64,000 nt of DNA, taken from NCBI GenBank assembly GCA_947501325.1, contig CANMVC010000003.1, positions 37,830-101,829 of the forward strand, written 5' to 3'. The position numbers and the translations under genes were made by a program. Position 1 is the first letter of the stretch; each line of letters begins with the position of its first letter. The notes beneath the pieces were generated by a model. It was not told the origin of the DNA. It searched no databases and saw only the letters and a list, made by a program, of their open reading frames with translations. This DNA comes from an uncultured Sphingomonadaceae bacterium. GTDB lineage: Bacteria > Pseudomonadota > Alphaproteobacteria > Sphingomonadales > Sphingomonadaceae. Below are positions 57,113-64,000 of this stretch, piece by piece.

Positions 57113-58234
57113 ATGCGTGTCGGTACCCCGAAAGAAGTGAAAAACCATGAATATCGCGTCGGGTTGACGCCGGAATCGGTGCGGGAACTGTCCGCCCATG
57201 GCCATGATGTGCTGGTCGAAACCGGCGCCGGTCTGGGCATTGGCGCGGAGGATGCCGAATATGTCGATGCGGGCGCAACCATTGCAGCCAAGGCATCCGA
57301 GATATTTGAAAAATGCGACATGGTCGTGAAGGTCAAGGAACCCCAGCCAGCCGAACGGGCCATGCTGCGCGAGGGACAGATTCTGTTCACCTATCTGCAC
57401 CTTGCCCCCGATCCGGAGCAGACCGCCGATCTCGTCAAATCCAAAGCCATTTGCATCGCCTATGAAACCGTCACCGGCACCGGTGGCCTGCCATTGCTGA
57501 AACCGATGAGTCAGGTCGCGGGACGCATGTCGATACAGGCCGGCGCGACCGCACTTGAAAAAGCCCATGGCGGCCGCGGCATATTGCTGGGCGGTGTACC
57601 GGGCGTATCGCCGGGCAAGGTGACCATTATCGGCGGCGGCGTCGTTGGCTTTAACGCGGCGCAAATGGCCGCTGGTCTGGGTGCGGACGTGACCATATTG
57701 GACCGCAACCCGGATGTGCTGGAATCGGTCGGCACCCATTTTGAATCGCGGGCCAAAACGCGTTTCTCCAACAAAGCCAATCTGGCCGAATGTGTCGCTG
57801 AGGCGGATCTGGTCATCGGCGCGGTGCTGATCCCAGGGGCCGAAGCGCCGAAGCTGGTGACCCGCGACATGCTCTCGACCATGCGGCCCGGTTCTGTGCT
57901 CTGCGATGTAGCCATTGATCAGGGCGGCTGTTTTGAAACGTCCAAGGCGACGACCCATGAAGACCCGACTTATGTGGTCGATGACGTCGTGCATTATTGC
58001 GTGGCAAACATGCCCGGCGCGGTATCGCGGACATCGACCTATGCGCTCAATAACGTCACCCTGCCCCATGCACTTGCCATTGCGAACAAGGGTTGGGAGG
58101 CGGCTTTGCGCGATGATGCACATCTCGCCGAGGGGCTCAACGTATGGAACGGCCATGTCACCTATCGCGCGGTGGCCGAAGATTTGGGCTATGAATATAT
58201 GCCGGTGTCAGAGATAGTGGGGTTGAAGGTATAG
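57113..58234 (+). CDS. ald: Alanine dehydrogenase
   Basis: I prefer ATG 57113, preceded by AGGAG ([20 protein letters not shown]...). NAD-binding motif IIGGGVVG. Confidence 0.9.
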   Translation: MRVGTPKEVKNHEYRVGLTPESVRELSAHGHDVLVETGAGLGIGAEDAEYVDAGATIAAKASEIFEKCDMVVKVKEPQPAERAMLREGQILFTYLHLAPDPEQTADLVKSKAICIAYETVTGTGGLPLLKPMSQVAGRMSIQAGATALEKAHGGRGILLGGVPGVSPGKVTIIGGGVVGFNAAQMAAGLGADVTILDRNPDVLESVGTHFESRAKTRFSNKANLAECVAEADLVIGAVLIPGAEAPKLVTRDMLSTMRPGSVLCDVAIDQGGCFETSKATTHEDPTYVVDDVVHYCVANMPGAVSRTSTYALNNVTLPHALAIANKGWEAALRDDAHLAEGLNVWNGHVTYRAVAEDLGYEYMPVSEIVGLKV

Positions 58235-58283
58235 CTTAAGGGGATGGGATGATCGCTGAAATTTTGTAACAACCCATCCACAA

Positions 58284-58356
58284 CCGTTCGTGGTGAGCCT
58301 GTCGAACCACATCCGTCGGCCAGTAAACTGTCCTTCGACAAGCTCAGGACGAACGG
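58284..58356. repeat. REP-like long-stem palindromic element (family A), copy 2
   Basis: CCGTTCGTGGTGAGCCTGTCGAA ...27 nt... TTCGACAAGCTCAGGACGAACGG, with 20/23 complementary. Lies between ald and the SDR gene. Confidence 0.8.
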
Positions 58357-58389
58357 CAAAAAGGGCAACCGATTAAAAAGGAGCACCAT

Positions 58390-59361
58390 ATGGCAGCAGC
58401 AGATCAGAAACCCCTCGGTTCCGGCTTTCCAGCGAAGAGTGAACCGCAAGACGTGCTGGCTGCCATCGACCTGACCGGCAAGATCGCAATTGTCACCGGC
58501 GGCTATTCCGGCATTGGTCTGGAAACGACAAGGGCGCTGGCCGGCAAGGGTGCGAAAGTGATTGTACCGGTGCGCGATGAAGCCAAGGCGGCGAAGAACC
58601 TATCCGGCGTGGCGGGTGATGTTTCTTCTGCCACCATGGATTTGTCGGACATTGCCTCGGTGCGGAAATTTGCCGATGCCATGAATGCCAGTCTGAGTCA
58701 GTTGGACCTGTTAATCAACAATGCGGGGATTATGGCCTGCCCATTGGAGCGCGTCGGTCCGGGTTGGGAAAGCCAGTTCGGCGTCAACCATATGGGTCAT
58801 TTCGCCCTGACCAAAGGCCTCATGCCCCTGCTCGAAAAGGCCGAGGCGCCGCGCGTCGTCGCGCTGTCCTCGATTGCCCACAAACGCAACGGCATTTTGT
58901 GGGATGATATCCAGTTCGAAAATAGCGAATATAATAAATGGACCTCCTATGCGCAGTCCAAGAGCGCCAATGCCCTGTTCGCCAATGCGCTCAGCCGGCG
59001 GATGGAGAGCTTTGGCGGACGCGCTTTCTCCGTGCATCCGGGCGGCATTTTCACGCCGCTGCAACGCCATTTGCCCGTCGAAGAGCAGATCGCGTTGGGC
59101 TGGCTGGACGAAAATGGCGAGCCTTCGGAAATGGCTAAAAATGGTTTCAAATCAACCACGCAAGGTTGCACAACCAGCCTGTGGGCCGCAACATCGCCGC
59201 TGCTGAACGACAAGCATGGCCTCTATTGCGAGGATTGCGATGTTGCCCAGTTGATGGACGAAGATTCGCCGCCCTTTGGCTGTGTCGCGCCGCATGCGTG
59301 CGATGACAAGGATGCTGAACGGCTCTGGGAGCTCAGCGAAACATTGCTGGCTGCGGCGTAA
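58390..59361 (+). CDS. Short-chain dehydrogenase/reductase (SDR) family oxidoreductase
   Basis: 323 aa. TGGYSGIG (a TGxxxGxG variant), NNAG and the YAQSK active-site YxxxK. Confidence 0.85.
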   Translation: MAAADQKPLGSGFPAKSEPQDVLAAIDLTGKIAIVTGGYSGIGLETTRALAGKGAKVIVPVRDEAKAAKNLSGVAGDVSSATMDLSDIASVRKFADAMNASLSQLDLLINNAGIMACPLERVGPGWESQFGVNHMGHFALTKGLMPLLEKAEAPRVVALSSIAHKRNGILWDDIQFENSEYNKWTSYAQSKSANALFANALSRRMESFGGRAFSVHPGGIFTPLQRHLPVEEQIALGWLDENGEPSEMAKNGFKSTTQGCTTSLWAATSPLLNDKHGLYCEDCDVAQLMDEDSPPFGCVAPHACDDKDAERLWELSETLLAAA

Positions 59362-59375
59362 GGAGAAGCCCGGTC

Positions 59376-59591
59376 ATGATGAATGAGCATCTGGGCGATG
59401 CCGAATATTCCGGCTTGCTCGTTCGCGATGTTGGCGGGTTTGCGCTGCAATCCGATGACGGACAGCGCTACCGCCTCGAATTGCTCCGCACGCCGATTGA
59501 TGAAGTGGAAAAACGCGTGATTGTCACCGGACGGCTCATTCATGATGACCAGATCGAAGCCGAAGGCGTGCGACTGGCGGATGGCGGCTGA
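59376..59591 (+). CDS. Small hypothetical protein (possibly DUF5818-like)
   Basis: 71 aa with AAGGAG 9 nt upstream of the ATG. The family assignment is a weak recollection. Confidence 0.5.
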   Translation: MMNEHLGDAEYSGLLVRDVGGFALQSDDGQRYRLELLRTPIDEVEKRVIVTGRLIHDDQIEAEGVRLADGG

Positions 59592-59596
59592 CGATC

Positions 59597-60136
59597 ATGG
59601 GCTTGCAAGAGACCATGCGGCCCGCGCGCGCTGAAGACCTCCCGGCGCTGCATGCCCTGGTGGAAAGCGCCTATCGGGGAGACAGCGCCAAGCGCGGCTG
59701 GACGCACGAAGCCGATTTGCTGGGCGGGCAGAGAACCGATTTGGAGGCTCTGCGGGAAATATTGGCGGATGAGAATCAGGTCATCCTGCTCGCTATGGAC
59801 GGTGCTGATATGGCCGGTTGCGTGCAACTCATGCGCGTCAAAGAGGGAGTGGCCTATCTCGGCCTGCTGACGGTTGACCCCGACCGCCAAGCGGGCGGAC
59901 TGGGCAAGAAATTGCTGGATGCGTCGGAACACTATGTTGCCGAAAACTGGCAGGCGAAAGTGATAGAAATGACCGTCATCCGCCAGCGCGCCGATCTGAT
60001 CGCCTATTATGAACGGCGGGGATATGGCCAGACCGGCGAGCGGCGCCCGTTCCCGCTCGATGACCCGCGCTATGGCCTGCCGAAGACGCAGGAACTGGAA
60101 TTTGTGGTGTTACGGAAGGAGATTAAAACCGCCTAA
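59597..60136 (+). CDS. GNAT-family N-acetyltransferase
   Basis: 179 aa with the acetyl-CoA-binding motif Q..GLGKKLL (RQAGGLGKKLLD). Confidence 0.8.
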   Translation: MGLQETMRPARAEDLPALHALVESAYRGDSAKRGWTHEADLLGGQRTDLEALREILADENQVILLAMDGADMAGCVQLMRVKEGVAYLGLLTVDPDRQAGGLGKKLLDASEHYVAENWQAKVIEMTVIRQRADLIAYYERRGYGQTGERRPFPLDDPRYGLPKTQELEFVVLRKEIKTA

Positions 60137-61653
60137 GCCGCTTTTCCCTCGAGGGCTTTTTGCCGGCGGCGCTGTACCGAACTGCCAAGCCCCAGGGCTT
60201 CGCGATATTTGGCGACCGTCCGCCGGGCAATGTCAAAGCCCTTGTCCTTGAGCAGCGCGACCAGCTTGTCGTCGGAGAGGATCTTCTTGGGATCCTCGTT
60301 ATCGATCAGCGCCTTGATGTGGCTCTTCACCGCTTCGGCCGAGGCCGCTTCGCCGCCGGTTGAAGACTGGATGCCGCTGGTGAAAAAATACTTGAGCTCA
60401 AACGTGCCGCGAGAGCAGGAGAGATATTTGTTGGACGTCACCCGGCTAACCGTCGATTCATGCATCTCGATCTTGTCTGCGACATTTTTGAGCGTCAAAG
60501 GCCGCAAATGCGCCACCCCTTCGCGGAAGAAATTTTCCTGTTGCTTCACGATTTCGGTGGCCACCTTGATGATGGTGCGCTGCCGCTGGTCGAGCGCTTT
60601 AACCAGCCAGCTTGCGTCAGCCATGCAGTCATTAAGCCACTCTTTCGAGGCCTTGTCCTGCGCCCCGTCTTTCAGCTCGGTGAAATAGGTGCGGTTCACC
60701 AGCACTTTGGGCAAGGTCGCGCTATTGATCTCAATCAGCCATTTTCCGCTGCGCTCGGCAATGAAAATGTCCGGCACAACGGCCTGCACATCACCGCCGC
60801 CAATCTTGCAGCCGGGCTTGGGATCATAGGCGCGAATCTCCGATATCATGTCCATCAGATCTTCATCATCCACACCGCATATGCGCTTCAATTGTGGTAA
60901 AGCACCTTTGGCCAGCAGGTCGAGATTATCAATCAGCCGCGCCATCGCCGGATCATATCGATCCGCTTCCTTGGCCTGCAGCGCCAAGCATTCGGCCAGA
61001 TCCCGCGCGCCCACGCCCACCGGTTCCAGGTTCTGCACCTCGGCCAATACACGCTTTACATCATCAAGCTGCACACCCAGCCGGTGCGCAAATTCGAGCA
61101 AATCGGCCTGCAAATAACCGCATTCATCAATCTGATCGATAAGATGCTGGGCGATAAACAAATCCGCACCCGACAATATCGCGCCCGCCTGCTCCATCAG
61201 ATGTTCCGCCAGCGTCGTTTCGGCGACCAGCATATTCTCGAAATCCGGGGCTTCTCCGCCGACAGCGCCGCTGCCGGAATTGCTGGTACCGTTAAGACCA
61301 AGGCCGCCGTCCAAGGCGCCATCGCTTTCACTCAAGCTGTTATTCGAAAATTGGTCCGCGTCGCCCGCCATATCAAGCTTCGATTCCGCTTCCGCTGGAC
61401 CTGAGGACAATATCTCATCACTGCCTTGAGACCCCGGTTCAGGCGGAAGATCAGCGCCATTGTCGCCATCATCGCTTTTGGCTTCGGCGCTCAGGTCACC
61501 GGTCTCGAGCAAGGGGTTCTTCTCAATCTCTTCGGCAATATAGGTTTCAAGCTCCAGATTGGATAAAGCCAGCAACTTGATCGCCTGCTGCAATTGCGGC
61601 GTCATCACCAGTGACTGGCTCTGCCTTAAGTCAAGACGCGGCCCTAATGCCAT
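60133..61653 (-). CDS. rpoN: RNA polymerase sigma-54 factor
   Basis: 506 aa. The N-terminus is Gln/Leu-rich (LRQSQSLVMTPQLQQAIKLL). The C-terminal RpoN box is ARRTVAKYR. Confidence 0.95.
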   Translation of the reverse strand: MALGPRLDLRQSQSLVMTPQLQQAIKLLALSNLELETYIAEEIEKNPLLETGDLSAEAKSDDGDNGADLPPEPGSQGSDEILSSGPAEAESKLDMAGDADQFSNNSLSESDGALDGGLGLNGTSNSGSGAVGGEAPDFENMLVAETTLAEHLMEQAGAILSGADLFIAQHLIDQIDECGYLQADLLEFAHRLGVQLDDVKRVLAEVQNLEPVGVGARDLAECLALQAKEADRYDPAMARLIDNLDLLAKGALPQLKRICGVDDEDLMDMISEIRAYDPKPGCKIGGGDVQAVVPDIFIAERSGKWLIEINSATLPKVLVNRTYFTELKDGAQDKASKEWLNDCMADASWLVKALDQRQRTIIKVATEIVKQQENFFREGVAHLRPLTLKNVADKIEMHESTVSRVTSNKYLSCSRGTFELKYFFTSGIQSSTGGEAASAEAVKSHIKALIDNEDPKKILSDDKLVALLKDKGFDIARRTVAKYREALGLGSSVQRRRQKALEGKAA

Positions 61654-61672
61654 TATGCTTGGTTCCGCCTAG

Positions 61673-62467
61673 TCATAGGGCAAAACCCTCACCGAGATAA
61701 AGCCGCCGGACATTCTCATCTTTAACCAACGCTTCAGGACTACCTGCAAACAAAACCTGGCCATCATAAATGATGCAGGCCCGATCAACAATATCGAGCG
61801 TTTCGCGAACATTATGGTCGGTGATCAAAACGCCAATACCGCGGTTCTTGAGCTGCACGACGAGATCGCGGATATCGGAAATCGAAATGGGGTCGATCCC
61901 CGCAAACGGCTCGTCCAGCAATATAATCGACGGATCAGCGGCCAAAGCACGCGCAATTTCGCAGCGCCGCCGCTCGCCACCCGACAAAGCCATTGCAGGA
62001 GAGCTCCGAAGCTTGGTCAAACCGAATTCGTCGAGCAGCCGGTCCAGTGTCTCGGCACGAACAGCCTTGTTATTCTCAACCATTTCCAAAACGGCGAGGA
62101 TATTCTGTTCGACTGTCATGCCGCGAAATATAGACGTCTCCTGGGGCAGATAACCCAGACCCAATATCGCCCGGCGATACATGGGTAACGGGGTAATATC
62201 TTCGCCATCCAACATGATCCGGCCAGCGTCCGGGCGAACCAAACCCATGACGGAATAGAAGCAGGTCGTCTTGCCAGCACCATTGGGCCCTAACAAACCA
62301 ACCACTTCGCCGCGACCGACAGAAAGCGATACATCCGACAATACCGACCGCTTGTCATAGCTTTTCGCGATAGACACAACAGCAAGGCCGTGCTCCATGG
62401 CATCACTTGCCATAGCCGAGCCCTGATCGGTCATCACAGCCGGATCAAAAGTGGTCGTTTCGTTCAT
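61673..62467 (-). CDS. lptB: LPS export ABC transporter ATP-binding protein
   Basis: 264 aa. Walker A GPNGAGKTT, signature LSGGERRR and Walker B ILLDEPFAG. Position between lptA and rpoN is the expected synteny. Confidence 0.95.
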   Translation of the reverse strand: MNETTTFDPAVMTDQGSAMASDAMEHGLAVVSIAKSYDKRSVLSDVSLSVGRGEVVGLLGPNGAGKTTCFYSVMGLVRPDAGRIMLDGEDITPLPMYRRAILGLGYLPQETSIFRGMTVEQNILAVLEMVENNKAVRAETLDRLLDEFGLTKLRSSPAMALSGGERRRCEIARALAADPSIILLDEPFAGIDPISISDIRDLVVQLKNRGIGVLITDHNVRETLDIVDRACIIYDGQVLFAGSPEALVKDENVRRLYLGEGFAL

Positions 62468-62670
62468 CTCAGTCCTTTAACTCTGGCGCTATTTGTACCC
62501 GATAAGATTGTGCAATGGTTAACAACATGGCCCAATTTACTCGAAATTGGCAAGCTTTATGCATGATTGGTCGAAAATGGTTCTTTTTGGCGTGATAAGA
62601 CAAGGACTGACCGGCGAAATATGACAGCGAGCAGATCCAAAAATTAATCCCGTTGCGGATTTGGCGATGT

Positions 62671-63222
62671 CTACTCTGTGCGTTGGGGAACCGTGAAAGT
62701 GCCCGACACGCGGCCGTTGGGGTTCTGCGTACCAGGCGTCGATCCACCCGCCGAACGACCATCTATGGTCGAACGACCTGATGCGAGATCAATAATCACA
62801 CGTCCGCCGGATAATCGATTGGTCCCTTGGGTCAATGTGACATTACCCACCAGAGTAATGAGACGCCGGTTCAAGTCGTATATTGCCGCATTGCCTGTAG
62901 CGGTATCGCCGCCCTTGCGAATAGTCACGCCGCCTGACGCATCAATCCGGTCCACTTCAATGCCGCCCGTATTGCGATAGGCCACCGTCATCCGGGTAGA
63001 GTTCAGAACCAATCCGGCTTGCTCTACGCGAACAGCACCCGATAGCACGACGCGGTCTGCCCGGTCTTGAACCTCAATCCGGCCAGCGTCAAAATTGACG
63101 GGGGCATTGCTGTTATGGCCGCCAAAAACCTGCGCTGGCGCGGGCCTTGAAAAAACAAGGATTGTCGCCGTCACCAGCAATGCGCCCATGGAGGCTGAAA
63201 GAAAGGAACCTTTAGTCATCAT
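62671..63222 (-). CDS. lptA: LPS transport periplasmic protein LptA (OstA N-terminal-like)
   Basis: 183 aa. Signal peptide, then OstA-like beta-jellyroll repeats (V.L.G.V...QG...L.........G.V.I..G......G......D). The stop of lptC overlaps its start. Confidence 0.8.
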   Translation of the reverse strand: MMTKGSFLSASMGALLVTATILVFSRPAPAQVFGGHNSNAPVNFDAGRIEVQDRADRVVLSGAVRVEQAGLVLNSTRMTVAYRNTGGIEVDRIDASGGVTIRKGGDTATGNAAIYDLNRRLITLVGNVTLTQGTNRLSGGRVIIDLASGRSTIDGRSAGGSTPGTQNPNGRVSGTFTVPQRTE

Positions 63223-63863
63223 CGCCCTCTTAATCCGTTTTGCACGATACGCAACTTCGCGTTGCCGTCCAGCGTCACTGTCCGTTCCGACATATCCGCA
63301 CTCAGGCTATCTGCCCGGAATGTCCCGATATTTGTGCGCCCTTCAACCGGCGCGTCGCTTTTCAATGTTCGGCCTTTTAAATCCACTGTCACGTTATTTG
63401 TTGTCAGCCGATAGCCGCCAGCGCTTTCAACCTGCACAGCCCCGGGTACTTTGACATTTTCGCGATCCATATCATAGCGCCCTTCGCCTGCCCGGATCTG
63501 GGCTGGCCCGTCACTTAATAATATCCTGGCCGAGAGGTCTTTCAGCTGGACCACCGGTTCCCGCGAACTTTTCTGGACGGCCGATCCGGCCTTGATCGAA
63601 AACGGACGGCCTTGGCTATCTTCACCGCGGTAAATCGCTTCGGTTACACGCATCCGTTCTTTCGCAACATCGACGCTATTCTTGTCGAGAACAAAGCTCA
63701 GCTCTCCACTCATCGTAAAAGGCGCCAATGCCAATAGTGCGCCCAATGCACCGACGCCAAGTGGTAATAATACCCGCAACAAACGGATATTGCGATCATG
63801 GCTGCCTCCGGGCGCCGCAAATTGCTGGCGCTTGGTTTTGATATGTTCGGTTGCGTTTGTCAT
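63219..63863 (-). CDS. lptC: LPS export system protein LptC
   Basis: 214 aa with an N-terminal anchor (LLRVLLPLGVGALGALLALAPF) and a beta-rich periplasmic domain. Position upstream of lptA supports the call. Confidence 0.75.
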   Translation of the reverse strand: MTNATEHIKTKRQQFAAPGGSHDRNIRLLRVLLPLGVGALGALLALAPFTMSGELSFVLDKNSVDVAKERMRVTEAIYRGEDSQGRPFSIKAGSAVQKSSREPVVQLKDLSARILLSDGPAQIRAGEGRYDMDRENVKVPGAVQVESAGGYRLTTNNVTVDLKGRTLKSDAPVEGRTNIGTFRADSLSADMSERTVTLDGNAKLRIVQNGLRGR

Positions 63864-63920
63864 CTCTACCTATATTCAAGGCAATTTTCGGAATGTACGA
63901 GGGCTGAATTTTCGATAATT

Positions 63921-64000
63921 TCAGGCATGGGCGAATATGTCTGTTTCAGGCCAACCGGCGATATCAAGACGCGCACGATGCGGTAAAAAATCAAAACAGG
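63921..64000 (-). CDS. Possible 3' end of a gene entering from the right window edge
   Basis: My own translation of one minus-strand frame is open from the edge to TGA at 63923-63921 (...FDFLPHRARLDIAGWPETDIFAHA*). Only 26 codons are visible and no identification is possible. Confidence 0.2.
   Translation of the reverse strand, partial: CFDFLPHRARLDIAGWPETDIFAHA

Noticed and set aside
62548-62563. Sigma-54-like -24/-12 element TGGCAAGCTTTATGCA with correct GG-N10-GC spacing, right next to rpoN.
   Set aside because: It is on the plus strand and would drive transcription antisense into lptA, with no downstream gene. A single hexamer-level match in AT-rich DNA is expected by chance. It would be worth revisiting only if 5'-end mapping shows a start near 62575.
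1-64000. Looked for CRISPR arrays, rRNA genes, intact IS elements or transposases, toxin-antitoxin pairs and recognisable phage-defence gene sets.
   Set aside because: None seen. There are no regularly spaced direct repeats and no nuclease, helicase or methylase clusters. The only mobile-element proteins are the truncated integrase and the TraD-like fragment.

Overview
The window reads as alphaproteobacterial chromosome, probably Sphingomonadales. That is an inference from gene content and synteny: rpmI-rplT-pheS-pheT, lptC-lptA-lptB-rpoN, metX-metW, hisC-tyrC and ftsE-ftsX. It has three compositional parts. (1) Positions 1 to about 17.1 kb are visibly AT-richer (judged by eye, not computed). 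They hold one long minus-strand surface-polysaccharide operon: O-antigen-ligase-like protein, Wza, Wzc, an unknown anchored protein, a PglC-like priming transferase, an ATP-grasp ligase, a methyltransferase, a DegT aminotransferase, a GT4, a pyruvyl transferase, an Amj/DUF2837-like membrane protein and an EpsG/Wzy-like polymerase that runs off the left edge. A divergently transcribed Tat-signal beta-helix glycanase follows, then a dead integrase fused to a TraD-like fragment, all abutting tRNA-Ser(GCU). (2) About 17.3-50.9 kb and 54.6-64 kb are GC-richer housekeeping genes: ribE/ribD, tonB, gltX, nadE, prs, rpmI/rplT, pheST, prfC, metXW, hisC/tyrC, ftsEX, ald, rpoN and lptCAB. (3) A 3.3 kb AT-richer islet lies between tRNA-Leu(GAG) and tRNA-Ser(GGA) and carries an acetyltransferase, a WcaL-like GT4 and a TupA-like ATP-grasp. 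I saw no rRNA, CRISPR array or intact IS/transposase. Best candidates for something new: (a) the glycan island's split PGT + ATP-grasp + methyltransferase + aminotransferase module, together with an Amj-like putative flippase (no Wzx in the window) and an uncharacterised 392-aa protein next to wzc; (b) a nested palindromic element that appears to sit in frame inside the essential pheT gene, with a structurally covarying sibling in an intergenic spacer. All functional calls rest on motif recognition by eye. No database search was possible, so novelty cannot be established here.
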